Numbered from the stretch's first letter, positions 19,553 through 29,896 are shown. The stretch is 64,000 nucleotides of DNA from Candidatus Latescibacterota bacterium (GCA_965116875.1 OZ220733.1:2080001-2144000), one strand, 5' to 3'. The notes: a model not told the origin generated them from the letters alone. A program made the numbers and translations.

Positions 19553-19714
19553 GAAGCTGTTTTAAAATTACCGGTGAGATCCCGAGCGCGAGCGAAAAAG
19601 TGGCGGCCAAGGCGGGAAAACTCGCCCATATTTGTCTATACGGGTGGGTTTGCCCAACGCCGGCCGGCGCTTTTGCAGCCGCGCGAAGACCGCTGGGAGT
19701 CTTAAAACAGCTTC
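19553..19714. mobile_element. 162-bp MITE-like element with 13-bp terminal inverted repeats and TTA target-site duplication
   Basis: GAAGCTGTTTTAA ... TTAAAACAGCTTC, flanked by TTA at 19550-19552 and 19715-19717. A partial second copy lies at 58119-58212. Confidence 0.75.
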
Positions 19715-19741
19715 TTAGGACAACCTGTTTGCCCGGCTGAA

Positions 19742-22700
19742 TCAGAACCGCAATCGAATACCCACGTGTGTGATGCGCGGATCGCCTACGTACCGGCTGC
19801 GGTCCTGGAAATCGCCGTAGTTGAGATAATTCGCATCGTTCGGCCGGGGCCTCTGCAGCCCCCACCACATATAGTCTGTTCCGGAAGCCAACGCGTCCTT
19901 CTGATTGAACATATTGAACACCTCCAGAAAGACGTCCGCGCTGGCGCGGCCCAGTTCAAAGCGTTTCTGCACGTTCAGGTCCATCACGGTGCGCAATGGA
20001 CCTCGTGCGATCTGGCGTGTACCGTCCAGGACCAGATACGTAAACTGGGACCCGGTATAGATCCGGTAGATCAGGTTGGCGTTGACGCCCCCGAGAATCG
20101 TGTTGCCGCCGATCTTCGGACCCATCCCGAAATCCTGCGGCGTAGACAGGAACATCTGAAGACTGCCCTGGCTCCTGCGGCCCACGTCCGTACCCTCGTT
20201 CGCCCTGTGACCATGTACGATCCACAGGCCGCGGGCCCCTTCACGGGCGGCATCCGAAAGCCACTCTTCCTCCCAGGTGGGCACAATGGCGTCCCTGTTT
20301 GTTGCAAAGTCGTAGACGTAACCCCCCGCCACCCGCCGGTCCGCCTGGGCGGCCCGTATGGCCTCGTTGGCTCCGTGACCGATGATGCGGATCTGTTCAT
20401 CGGTAAGGGTGACAGGACGTTCCGAACTGCCCGTGACCTCCCAGGCGAAGAAATAGTTCCCGCTGGCGATGTAATTCGAGTCCGGGATTACCGTTGCGCC
20501 GTTGCTGACGGCGCCGCCGCCGCCGAGACTGTAGTCGCTCCAGGCCAGGTTGAGCGCGGCGCGGAACGAGAAGTAGTGGCTGAAGCCCTTCCTCAGACTG
20601 AACTCCAGGCCGCGCGTGTCTTCGAGGCGGATGTTTGAAAGGGTGCTGGAGAGACGCTGGCGGAGGCGGACGCCCGCGCCGCGCAGCTCAGGATAGAGGA
20701 ATACGTCCCAACCTCCGGTTTCCTGGAAGGAGGCGCTCTTGTAAAACGTCGCCAGCGCCAGGGTATAGTCGGATACGATATTCCAGTCCGCGCCCAGTTC
20801 GAAGCTTATCGTCCGCGCGGTATTGTCCCATATCGGCCTCGAGATGGACGTGGGCGCCGGACGGTAGTGGCTGGTGTATTCGCTGAAACCGATGCCCGGT
20901 ATCCCGTCTCCCGAACCGAACCACTGGTCGTGAAACATCTGGTAGAAACTCGGCAACTGGTAGAAATGCCCGTAGAAGAAATGGAGGCTTGACCGGTAGG
21001 TGATGGGGTGCGAGATCCCCAGCCGCGGACTCCAGTTCACAATGGGCTTCATCGGGTACCTGGGCGCCGTGAGATATCGCGACATCGTGGTATACTGAAA
21101 TGCCCGCAACGCCCCCATCACCGGAACGTCGGCGCCCCAGAAACGGTCGTAGCGGATGCCCGCGTTTACGATGAAGCCCTCGAACTCCATCTTGTCCTGG
21201 ACGTAGGCCGCGAACTGCCTGGGCGTTATCGGCTGTCCTGGCTCGGGGTTGCCGATGTATAGAATCTGTTTCCGCGCGTCGCCGGGCGTATTGCCCTCAC
21301 GGACGAAATGATTGCTGTAGCCCGTGAAGTCGATCCCGATCTTGGAAAAGTGCGTCTTCGTAAGCTGGCTCGAAACGTCGAACTTGAGCGTGCTCCTGGT
21401 CTGCTGGCCGAACGTATACGCGCGCACGCTTCCCCGGCCCGTGTAAAACCATCCGTCCGCATCCGTCCCGATGTCCGCTGTCGTATTCGAAACGCCGCTG
21501 GTATCCTGTGTACTCTGATACCGCGAGATTCTCATTTCGTAGAAGGTCCGCGGACTGATCGTGTGCGTGATCACGCCGTAGAGGACGCTCTCCGTATTGA
21601 TCGTCTCCCCCGCGGGCGACCCTTCAGGCAGGAAAACGTCGCGGCCCGGTCCCCTGAGGACGTTCCGGACGGACGGGGTTGTTCCGCCCAGCCCGCCGTT
21701 GTTAAAGACGGTCCACCGGTCGTAAATCCAGCCGATCTGCATCTTGACGTTGTCGTGCGCCCTGACGGTCAACTTCGCCGTGTTCCGGGTATTGAAAGGT
21801 CTTACGGACCACGCCCCCGGAAATCTGGCGGCATCACGCCGGAGTCGCGAACTCACGAAAAAGGACGTTTCAGGCAGGAGCGGGCCGCCGAGATAGGCGT
21901 CGAAATAGTGACCCCGCTGGTCCGTATAGTTCGTCCGCTGGTGTACAAGCGCGCCGGTCTCCGGGTCCACTTCCGAAGTCCACGCGGGATCGTTCCACCG
22001 CATATGTCCGCGGTGTTCGGGGGCATCGTAGACGTTGGCGCCCCAGTGTTTCTTGCCGCCGGGCGTCAGCCGGTACTCGGCCTCGCCATGGTAGTTGGAT
22101 CCGCCGTCCCGCGTTACCATCTGCACCACGCCCGCCTGCGCGTTTCCGTACTCGGCGTTCATCCCGCCCGTGATTACGGAGACCTCCTGCAGCGCCTTCA
22201 CGTTGGCGCCCCACCACTGGCTGCCCCGGGACGTGGGACCCGCGCGTCCGTCCTGGTTCTGCAAACGCACACCGTCGACGTAGATCAGATTGTCTTCCAC
22301 CTGGCCGCCGCGGATCACCCCGCTGCCGTCAACCGCGACGCCCGCTTCCAGTGCCACGAACTCCGAGGCGTCTCTGAGAATCGGCGTCCGCGCAATATCC
22401 TGGGCGGTCACCACGTACCGGCTCTCCGTCTTGTCGGGCTCCACGGGGGGCGCTTCCGCGACGACGACCATCTCCTCCAATTCCAGCTCGGTCTCGCGAA
22501 GCTGAAAATCCACCGTATTGGTGAAGTCGGACCGGACCTGGATCTGCTCCTGTGTCACCGAGTGATAGCCAACCATGGAGGCCGTCATCTTGTAAACACC
22601 GGGATCGACGGAGATGATCACGAAAAACCCCTCGGCATCCGTGGAGGCGCCCAGCCGCGATCCCTCGATGACCACGCTGGCGCCCGGCAGCCCTTCACCA

Positions 22701-22819
22701 CTTTCGTCGGTCACCTTCCCGACGATTTTCCCCGTCGTCCCGGCCGATGCCTCCCCCGCCAGAACAAACGCGGCAAAGAGTGCGATCATGACGGTAAAAC
22801 CGGTCCTTGACATGTACAT
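19742..22819 (-). CDS. TonB-dependent receptor with N-terminal carboxypeptidase-regulatory-like domain
   Basis: GTTGKIVGKVTD..GEGLPGASV; plug IRGG...YVDGV...ITGGMNAEYGNAQAGVV; C-terminal PRITHVGIRLRF. Confidence 0.9.
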   Translation of the reverse strand: MYMSRTGFTVMIALFAAFVLAGEASAGTTGKIVGKVTDESGEGLPGASVVIEGSRLGASTDAEGFFVIISVDPGVYKMTASMVGYHSVTQEQIQVRSDFTNTVDFQLRETELELEEMVVVAEAPPVEPDKTESRYVVTAQDIARTPILRDASEFVALEAGVAVDGSGVIRGGQVEDNLIYVDGVRLQNQDGRAGPTSRGSQWWGANVKALQEVSVITGGMNAEYGNAQAGVVQMVTRDGGSNYHGEAEYRLTPGGKKHWGANVYDAPEHRGHMRWNDPAWTSEVDPETGALVHQRTNYTDQRGHYFDAYLGGPLLPETSFFVSSRLRRDAARFPGAWSVRPFNTRNTAKLTVRAHDNVKMQIGWIYDRWTVFNNGGLGGTTPSVRNVLRGPGRDVFLPEGSPAGETINTESVLYGVITHTISPRTFYEMRISRYQSTQDTSGVSNTTADIGTDADGWFYTGRGSVRAYTFGQQTRSTLKFDVSSQLTKTHFSKIGIDFTGYSNHFVREGNTPGDARKQILYIGNPEPGQPITPRQFAAYVQDKMEFEGFIVNAGIRYDRFWGADVPVMGALRAFQYTTMSRYLTAPRYPMKPIVNWSPRLGISHPITYRSSLHFFYGHFYQLPSFYQMFHDQWFGSGDGIPGIGFSEYTSHYRPAPTSISRPIWDNTARTISFELGADWNIVSDYTLALATFYKSASFQETGGWDVFLYPELRGAGVRLRQRLSSTLSNIRLEDTRGLEFSLRKGFSHYFSFRAALNLAWSDYSLGGGGAVSNGATVIPDSNYIASGNYFFAWEVTGSSERPVTLTDEQIRIIGHGANEAIRAAQADRRVAGGYVYDFATNRDAIVPTWEEEWLSDAAREGARGLWIVHGHRANEGTDVGRRSQGSLQMFLSTPQDFGMGPKIGGNTILGGVNANLIYRIYTGSQFTYLVLDGTRQIARGPLRTVMDLNVQKRFELGRASADVFLEVFNMFNQKDALASGTDYMWWGLQRPRPNDANYLNYGDFQDRSRYVGDPRITHVGIRLRF

Positions 22820-22926
22820 ACCCATCTCCTTCCACAAGATCCGTTCAGATACGACGATTCGGAACGACAACAAAATTGTCCATTGCTTTACCGGCCCAAT
22901 TCCGGAAAACATCCTCCATTTGAATT

Positions 22927-22961
22927 AACTAATATTAGCTATCGATTGACTTTATTGTCAA
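22927..22961 (-). promoter_or_regulatory. Promoter of the TBDR operon with overlapping palindromes
   Basis: TTGACA-N18-TAATAT on the minus strand. TTGAC-N6-GTCAA (22946-22961) overlaps the -35 and CTAATATTAG (22929-22938) overlaps the -10. Confidence 0.55.
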
Positions 22962-23085
22962 GAGAAATATCGTCCCTCTGTAAAAATAGCCGGGCATGCA
23001 AGCTCCCGGCGCGAAGGCGGATCCGCGTCTCTGTTGAATGGTGTTCATCCGCAACAATTCAGGCCCTTGTCACCGACTCTCAATC

Positions 23086-24513
23086 TCACGTCGCGCTCAA
23101 CAGTGCCACAGCGCCGTCCACCAGCGCTTCGCCCCCGTCCGGACCCACCGGAGTGAACGCCGTCTCGTAGCCGCCCTTTTCGAAGGCTTCCCGTTCGGCG
23201 ATGTAGCTGACCGCTCCGAATTCGTTCGCGAGCGCGGCGATCAGCAGCCGATGGGAACCGGACCTGGCCCGAATGTCCGTACCGAGAGATACGAACGGTT
23301 CTCCGGGAAGCCCGAGAAAGACCCCTTCGCCGACCCCAAGCGCCTGAACCTCGGTGAGGTGATGGGATTCGGGCGCTTTTCGCTGCCAGTCCGCGAGAAT
23401 CACGCCATCCGCGTGTCGGTATCCTTCCTTCAACGGAAGCGCCACTTCCTTCCGGCGGGCCCGGAGTTCCGGGGACTCGTCCCAGTGAACGATCCCGCGG
23501 ACGGCCGCCATCGCTCCGTCCGCCACCCGGCCGCCCAGACGCGCCAGTTCACGGTCGAATCCACGCTCCCTTCTTGCGAGACCCGCTTCGGGGGCCTCGC
23601 CGGACCGGGTCCTCCAGACCGCCTCGATATCGATATTCCAGATGGGCGTCACGTCGCCCTCGGGGCCGGACGTATATAAAACGACCGGTGGTTCGCCCCC
23701 GTCGCGCCCCCAGGTTTTCGCCACCCGATCGGACGCCGCGCCCGCGATCTCGGCGGAAATACCCGATCCGCAGAAAATCCAGGGATGGGTACCGTAATTG
23801 ACCACCGCCGCCAGCGGCGCTTCCGTTCCCTGCTCTTTCACTGCGAATACCCGCACCAGCGGATCGACACTCGTGCGCGAAACCACGCGGACGCCCTCGA
23901 CGGGGTCCCGCCGGGGATCTCCCCAACTGCCGTCCGACATCAGCACGCGCCTTGAACTGGCCACGCCCTCCACCCGGGCCTCCCCGAATCCCACCGAGGA
24001 CGGCCGCAGCGTGCCGTACGCCTCCTCCACCGCCTCGACCGCCTGCGCGACAAACCGCGCCTTCCATTCCACGTCCGTTTCGCCCACCCAGCTGGCAGAC
24101 GACGATACAGACGTAACCTGGCCCATGGCGGCGGGCGCCGATCCATCGCCGCGTATTGTGAGACGGGCCATGTCTTCGGGGCTGTACGCGGTGGCCACCG
24201 GGCAGAAAGCCGGTCCCGAATGGGTGTGCGTCGCGCAGACCATGATTGTGTCAGGACTCAGTCCGGTCCGCTCCGCGGCGCCGTGACGGACCTGCTCCGT
24301 GGCAACCGCGTCCACGCCCGTCAGGTCGACGGCAACCAGGGCCCACGCCCGGCTCCCGTTTCGCAGGACCAGCGCCCTGGCGTAGAGATCGTCGTGTACG
24401 TAACGCGATCTGATATCCCCGGAAGCCCGCGGGTTCCACCCGGACAGCGACACGCCCACCGGCGGTGTGATCACCCGCTGGGCCGCGCCTGCATACAGAT
24501 TCTGACGATTCAT
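23086..24513 (-). CDS. Neutral/alkaline ceramidase-like amidohydrolase
   Basis: AGAAQRVITPP, HDDLYARALVL, ATHTHSGP, NYGTHP, LPGEPF motifs. Confidence 0.75.
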   Translation of the reverse strand: MNRQNLYAGAAQRVITPPVGVSLSGWNPRASGDIRSRYVHDDLYARALVLRNGSRAWALVAVDLTGVDAVATEQVRHGAAERTGLSPDTIMVCATHTHSGPAFCPVATAYSPEDMARLTIRGDGSAPAAMGQVTSVSSSASWVGETDVEWKARFVAQAVEAVEEAYGTLRPSSVGFGEARVEGVASSRRVLMSDGSWGDPRRDPVEGVRVVSRTSVDPLVRVFAVKEQGTEAPLAAVVNYGTHPWIFCGSGISAEIAGAASDRVAKTWGRDGGEPPVVLYTSGPEGDVTPIWNIDIEAVWRTRSGEAPEAGLARRERGFDRELARLGGRVADGAMAAVRGIVHWDESPELRARRKEVALPLKEGYRHADGVILADWQRKAPESHHLTEVQALGVGEGVFLGLPGEPFVSLGTDIRARSGSHRLLIAALANEFGAVSYIAEREAFEKGGYETAFTPVGPDGGEALVDGAVALLSAT

Positions 24514-24610
24514 ACCTGAAATTCCCGCCGGTGTGAAAGGAATCTGTAAGCCTTCGACTCTCGGCGAACAGTACATCCCACACCGCAACGGGGTCTACCT
24601 TCTACTACAC

Positions 24611-26782
24611 TTACCCCGTTCTTTCAAAACTGAAGATCCGCCCGTCATACGTTCCAACAACCAGGCCGCCCTCTACCGTGCACGGAGACGCCGTGATCGG
24701 GGCGCCGAAGGCAGCGCTGTCCATGCATCGGCCCGAAGCCGGGTCCAGCACGTACAGCAATCCGTCGCACCCGCAGACGATGAGGGAACCTTCGTGCATC
24801 ACCGGAGCGGCCAGAATGGACCGCACGCCCCGGCGATACGGAACCATATCCAGCAGGTCGTCTCCCGTCCGGAACCGCCAGTGCAGCGCACCGTCGTCCA
24901 TGCCGAAACAAAGGGCTTCGCCTTCCGGGGTGGTCGCAAAGATCCGATCGTCGCCAGCCAGCAGCCCCGTGGGATACCGGGAGGGTAGAATCGGTCTTTC
25001 CCAGACGACCCCGCCGGAGTCCCTTTCGACGGCGACGAGAAGCGAGGGCTCGCCGGAGAAGTGATGGAGGTCTTTCGAGCCGCCCCCGCTCAGGAGAAGG
25101 TCTCCCGACAGAACCGGTCCGGCATAGGGAAACTCGACACCTGCCTGCCGTTCCCAGACCACGTCCCCCGTCGCGCGGTCCAGCGCCACAAGCCCCCGTC
25201 GCTGCACGAGAAGGAGAAGCAGGTCTCCGGAGACCTGCGGGCTGGCAAAACACGCCCAGTTGTCACGGTCTTCGTTCACCGTATGCCAGAGCCTCCGACC
25301 CGAGGCCAGATCGAAAGCCGCGTAACCCGCCTTGGCGCCCGCGTAGACTGTACCATCCGCGATCACCGGAGCGGTATAAACCCAGCGCTCCGGATACTCG
25401 GGCAGGTCCGCCTCCCACGTCGAACCGCCGGACACCGCGTCCATCAGATGCACGCGACCGGTTACGGACACCGCCGCGCAGGCGTCGCCATTCACAGCGA
25501 CGCTGTTCTTTACAGCCGCATCCGTCCCGGAGTGCCAGACCAGATCCCCGCTCGCGGCATCGAGGCAGCAGACGCCTGCCTGCACCGGCCAGCCTTCGTC
25601 GCGCAGGCTGAGAAACACGCGTTCACCGGACGAAACCGGCGCCGCCCGGTGAAGCCCGCCCGGAATCTCCCGCGCCCATTTCAGGCGAAACGATCCGCCG
25701 TCGAATCCAATGTCCCGCGGGGACTTCTCCCGCGAATTTGCCGCAACGTTGGCGGCCTGGAGTACGCTCAGGCCGAGGGCGGCGCCACGATCGCTGAACC
25801 GCACCACGCGGTACCCCCGGGGAGACGTGTCGATTCCCCCGAAACAGACCGGCGGGGCGGCGGCCACGACCATATCGCCGGTCGAATGAACCTTGCTGGA
25901 GTGCCAGTGTCCGTGCAGGACGAGTCGGACGTTGTACCTGCTCAGTTCGCGCAGAAATGACACGGGCGGCGGCGTATGGACCACGACGACGATTTCACGG
26001 TCAGCGGGTTGAAGCGCGAGGTCCGACCGGAGCCACTGCGCCTTGCGCTCGAGGTCCGCCGGAGGGTAGTACGCGTCTTCATTCGGGAAAAATGCAAAAT
26101 GGCGTCCGCCCCAATCCAGACTGTAATACGTTGGCCCGAAAAACGCCTCGTAGTGCAGCGTCGCCGGAAGACCGGCGAACTTCCTGCCGATCTCCTGCAA
26201 TTTCGGGTTGTTCGGCGTGGCTTTCAATTCAACGAACTCATCAACTGAAATACCGCCCATGCGCTCCTGGTTCCCGTCGTGTCCGCCGAACAGCGGGAGG
26301 ACCGGGATCGAGATCGTCCGGACGGCGTCGCGAAAGGCGGTCAACTGGTCAATCGTCCCCCAATCCGTAAGGTCGCCGCTGGCGATGATCAGATCGGGCT
26401 TCGCCTCCCGTTCGATCCGGCGCAGGGCTTCCGAAAGCACGGGACCGGAAGTCAGCGTATCTCCTTCCGTAACGATGTGGGTGTCGGTAATCTGTGCGAG
26501 TGTGAACGACCGACGGGCCCGATCGGGAGACGGCGTAAGCCGGAAATCCACTCCGTCTTGCGCTTCCGACCCGTCCAGCGTGGATCGATAGTACCCGTCC
26601 TGTGCGGAAAAGCCGTCCGGAACCGTGATAAACACGAACCGGTGCGTACCGGTTTCCACGTTGATTTCGTACCGACCCTCAACGTCAGTCTGAACGATTC
26701 GCTCACCGTTCGAAACCGAAACTCCGGCCAGGCCTTGCTCCGACCGGTCAACAGTTACGCGCCCTTTAACCTGAATTCTCAC
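24611..26782 (-). CDS. Metallophosphoesterase fused to a PQQ-like (BamB-type) beta-propeller
   Basis: GVSVSNG N-terminal domain; ITDTH, SGDLT, GGHD, HGHWH; C-terminal repeats LDAASGDLVW and similar. Confidence 0.8.
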   Translation of the reverse strand: MRIQVKGRVTVDRSEQGLAGVSVSNGERIVQTDVEGRYEINVETGTHRFVFITVPDGFSAQDGYYRSTLDGSEAQDGVDFRLTPSPDRARRSFTLAQITDTHIVTEGDTLTSGPVLSEALRRIEREAKPDLIIASGDLTDWGTIDQLTAFRDAVRTISIPVLPLFGGHDGNQERMGGISVDEFVELKATPNNPKLQEIGRKFAGLPATLHYEAFFGPTYYSLDWGGRHFAFFPNEDAYYPPADLERKAQWLRSDLALQPADREIVVVVHTPPPVSFLRELSRYNVRLVLHGHWHSSKVHSTGDMVVAAAPPVCFGGIDTSPRGYRVVRFSDRGAALGLSVLQAANVAANSREKSPRDIGFDGGSFRLKWAREIPGGLHRAAPVSSGERVFLSLRDEGWPVQAGVCCLDAASGDLVWHSGTDAAVKNSVAVNGDACAAVSVTGRVHLMDAVSGGSTWEADLPEYPERWVYTAPVIADGTVYAGAKAGYAAFDLASGRRLWHTVNEDRDNWACFASPQVSGDLLLLLVQRRGLVALDRATGDVVWERQAGVEFPYAGPVLSGDLLLSGGGSKDLHHFSGEPSLLVAVERDSGGVVWERPILPSRYPTGLLAGDDRIFATTPEGEALCFGMDDGALHWRFRTGDDLLDMVPYRRGVRSILAAPVMHEGSLIVCGCDGLLYVLDPASGRCMDSAAFGAPITASPCTVEGGLVVGTYDGRIFSFERTG

Positions 26783-26818
26783 CTGCCGCCTCCTGTTCCG
26801 GGAATCTCAACCCGTTTC

Positions 26819-27271
26819 TTACGCTTCCACGGGCTGCCAGATCTCTATGGGAATGCCGTCCGGATCGAGTATGTAAAATGCGATGGCAGCCACACTTCCG
26901 TCGCGGACGATTTCCGTTGGTGGGCTCATTGCAGGCGCCCCGGCCGCGGTCAGACGTTCGTATTCGGCCGCGGCGTCTTCCACCTGCAGCGCCAGGCTGG
27001 ACGCCCCCACGCAGTTATTGCGCAATTCACGCGCGATGGACCTCGGGTTCTGAAACTGAACCAGTCCCAGGACAAAGCCCGATGGCCGGTGCAGAAGCAT
27101 GCCCACCCGCAAGCTCACGTCCTGCATGTTCATGATCGTATCGTAGGATGCAAGCCCTTCCCGCGCGGCCTCATAGGTGACTTCGAACCCGAGCAGGTCC
27201 CGATAGAACGTGAGCGACCTGTCCAGATCGCCTACCGAGTACTTGACGTGATGGACCTTCGTAAACGCCAT
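26819..27271 (-). CDS. VOC/glyoxalase family protein
   Basis: VHHVKYSVGDLDRSLTFYRDLLGF ... FYILDPDGIPIEI. This is the C-terminal part of ORF-track 26819..28210. Confidence 0.85.
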   Translation of the reverse strand: MAFTKVHHVKYSVGDLDRSLTFYRDLLGFEVTYEAAREGLASYDTIMNMQDVSLRVGMLLHRPSGFVLGLVQFQNPRSIARELRNNCVGASSLALQVEDAAAEYERLTAAGAPAMSPPTEIVRDGSVAAIAFYILDPDGIPIEIWQPVEA

Positions 27272-27306
27272 CGACGCACCTCGCGTGCCGGTTGCAAGTC
27301 TCACGC

Positions 27307-27957
27307 TCATCCGGGCGGCCAGGCCCGGTGGCGCGTGCAATACCGGTCCACCGCGTCGAGGTCGACCTCGACACCCATGCCGGGACCCGCGGGAATCAGC
27401 ACGAGTCCGTTTTCGACTTCCAGGTCCCGGGTGAGCAGATGGGACTCCCGCAGCCACGGCCCTGCCTGGTCGGGGGTGGTGCGCGGCATCCAGTAATCCA
27501 CGGGCACCCGGTCCCGCCACGCGCCTCCCCACAGCGCACACAGGGGCAGACCGGCGCGCCTTGCCGTGAGATCGCTGAGGGCCATCTCCACGAGAGCCTG
27601 CAACGGATGGCGCAGTCTGTGCTGAAGATTGGCAGGGTCGGCCGCGTACGGAGAGGGCGGCGGCGGACGCTGCCAGTAAAGCGCACCCTCGGGCCACAGG
27701 TCCAGGAAGGAAAGCCTGAGTTCCGTGACCGGAATGTCCACGAGACCGGACAGTGCCTCGTCGGTAGACGACCGGGAACCGGACCTTACCGCCTCCCCCC
27801 ACCCTTCGAAGCCGTCTTTGTCCGTGATGCACAGCACATACCGGTCGTCGATACCGGTGGGATTGGCCCCGAATACGGGGCTGGAGGCCCATTCCTCGAG
27901 CAACGGAACCGTAACTTCCCAAAGCCTGGCCTGTGCGATGACCGGTGAAGCAGCCAC
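27307..27957 (-). pseudogene. Mandelate racemase/muconate-lactonizing (enolase superfamily) gene with most of the TIM barrel missing in frame
   Basis: Capping domain TDKDGFEGWGE...EMALSDLTARRAGLPLCALWGGAWRDRVP is joined almost directly to the C-terminal ENGLVLIPAGPGMGVEVD; only 216 aa. Confidence 0.65.
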
Positions 27958-27971
27958 TGCCGGTCTCCAAT

Positions 27972-28784
27972 CTATGTTTCGTGTTCCTGGCGTGCCCGGA
28001 ACGAATCCCGTTCTCCGAACACCTTGACGTAGTTCTGGCCCGACATCTGTCCGCCGTCCGCCACGATGCCCTGGCCGGTGACGAACGCGGCCCCGTCCGA
28101 CGCGAGGAAGAAGATGATGCTGGCGATATCCTCAGGGCTGCCGATGCGGTTGAGCGGTATGAGCCTGAGGTAATTCTCCACGAAGACCCGATCTTCGAGC
28201 AGGTCCCCATGAATCGGCGTGTCGATAAACCCCGGCAGCACCGCGTTCACGCGGATGCCGTCGCCGCCCAGTTCCACGGCCAGCGTCCGCGTGAGGGCCA
28301 GCAGTGCGGCCTTTGCGGCGTCGTACGTCGCCGCGCGCGGGCTGCTCGACAGGGCGTTCCGCGAAGCCACGTTGACGATGGCCGCACCGTCCACCCGCTT
28401 CATCCCGGGGACAAACCCGCGGATCAGCGCGGACGCCCCAACAAGATTGGTATTCAGGGAGGTTTCCCACATTTCGTCAGTCGTTTCGGTGATATCCGCA
28501 TAGAGGCACACGCCCGCGTTGTTCACCAGCGCGCGCGGCGGGCCGAGCGCCTCGACAATCCGCCCGGCGAGCGGCGTGAGGGACCCCACGTCGGCCAGGT
28601 CGCAGGGAAACGCGTGGATCCGCGGGCCGATTTCCGATTCCGTCAGCCGGTCCAGTCCCTCCCGCGAACGGTCCAGCGCGGCAACGACGAAGCCCGCGGC
28701 GACGAAGCGCTCCACCGCGGCCTTGCCGATGCCGCTGGCGCCGCCGGTCACCACGGCGAGAGGGTCGGATAAGCGTTGAGACAT
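27972..28784 (-). CDS. SDR family NAD(P)-dependent oxidoreductase
   Basis: TGGASGIG, NNAG, YDAAK, IRVNAVLPG, ADGG. Confidence 0.9.
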   Translation of the reverse strand: MSQRLSDPLAVVTGGASGIGKAAVERFVAAGFVVAALDRSREGLDRLTESEIGPRIHAFPCDLADVGSLTPLAGRIVEALGPPRALVNNAGVCLYADITETTDEMWETSLNTNLVGASALIRGFVPGMKRVDGAAIVNVASRNALSSSPRAATYDAAKAALLALTRTLAVELGGDGIRVNAVLPGFIDTPIHGDLLEDRVFVENYLRLIPLNRIGSPEDIASIIFFLASDGAAFVTGQGIVADGGQMSGQNYVKVFGERDSFRARQEHET

Positions 28785-28822
28785 TCGATATTTCCTATCT
28801 CCTGAACGGTCCGTTCGCGGAC

Positions 28823-29896
28823 TCAAACCAGTGTGAACCTCGTGAACCTGTCGAGAGAGGGGAGCCCTTCGTTCAGCCACATCTCGCGATTCCTGCTCAC
28901 GAGTATCACGCCGAAATTCGTGATCATGTTGTTCTCGTTATTCCGCGGCCGCTGGCAGAGACCGCCCGGACTGTACTCATCCATCAGGACCTCCTGCATC
29001 TCCCGAAGCGTGAGCGATTTCCCCCCGTTTCCGAATCTCCCGTAGAGGTGGGCGATCCGGTTCAACGAATTCTGAAAATACCGTGTACTGATGAAACCGG
29101 GATCCCATTTCCAGCCCACGGCCTGCATCTCTTCGCTGAAATAATGGTTGGTGGAGAAGACGACGCCATGCTCCGGCTCCCGTACCCCGTTCATGGCGCA
29201 CGCGTTCTCCGTTGCCGCCGCGTTTCCCTCCTCGTCGGCCAGCACGATGTTGATGCCCTTTCCGGTCAGCGTTGTTCGCCTCAGGAAATCAACGGCCTCG
29301 CTCACGTTCCCGCACCGCTGCAGCACAAGACGGGGGGCGACGTGCTGCGGCACGCCGGACCCGTCCTGCCTCTTCATTGTGGGATGCCCCGAGTTCGTCC
29401 CGACGCAGAGCCCCGCCTCGTTTACGCCGCATTCGGTCCACACCGTCCCGATCTGGTTTACGCACAAAACGTCGTACCCCACGTCCGAACGTATCGTCAG
29501 GATCGTGAGCCCCCCAAGGCGGTCCGAATCCGGGCGAAAACTTCCGTCGTCGGTCTTACCGAGGATGGGCCCCACGTCGCTGGCGGCAAACGCAACGCTG
29601 CTGCAGGCGAGATCGTCGGCCATCGCCGGGGCGACGGCGTTGTAGGTACTCTTGTAGAACGCTCTCTCGTCAGAAATCCCAGCCCCTCGTGCGATACCGC
29701 GAATCTCTTCGATGATTTCCGGGAATTCGGCACGCAGATGCCCGCGCATCGCCTCCATCAAGGCGGTCTGCCGGGTCCGCACTTCGCTGATCCCGGAAAA
29801 ACGGGGGAGGCTTCCGCGAATCTCCTTCCTGAACCGGCGCCCGATCTGCTCCCCACGCTGAAATGGCGTTCCCTTCGCTTCGAATTCAGGAATCAT
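28823..29896 (-). CDS. C45 family autoproteolytic acyltransferase/peptidase
   Basis: GTPFQRGEQIG, LACSSVA, GVNEAGL, STNHY, NSLNR. Start MIPEFE overlaps the upstream gene end. Confidence 0.8.
   Translation of the reverse strand: MIPEFEAKGTPFQRGEQIGRRFRKEIRGSLPRFSGISEVRTRQTALMEAMRGHLRAEFPEIIEEIRGIARGAGISDERAFYKSTYNAVAPAMADDLACSSVAFAASDVGPILGKTDDGSFRPDSDRLGGLTILTIRSDVGYDVLCVNQIGTVWTECGVNEAGLCVGTNSGHPTMKRQDGSGVPQHVAPRLVLQRCGNVSEAVDFLRRTTLTGKGINIVLADEEGNAAATENACAMNGVREPEHGVVFSTNHYFSEEMQAVGWKWDPGFISTRYFQNSLNRIAHLYGRFGNGGKSLTLREMQEVLMDEYSPGGLCQRPRNNENNMITNFGVILVSRNREMWLNEGLPSLDRFTRFTLV

Noticed and set aside
19518-19868. N-terminal extension of ORF 17211..19868
   Set aside because: It runs through the MITE and overlaps the TBDR end; the RBS and signal peptide support a start at 19517.
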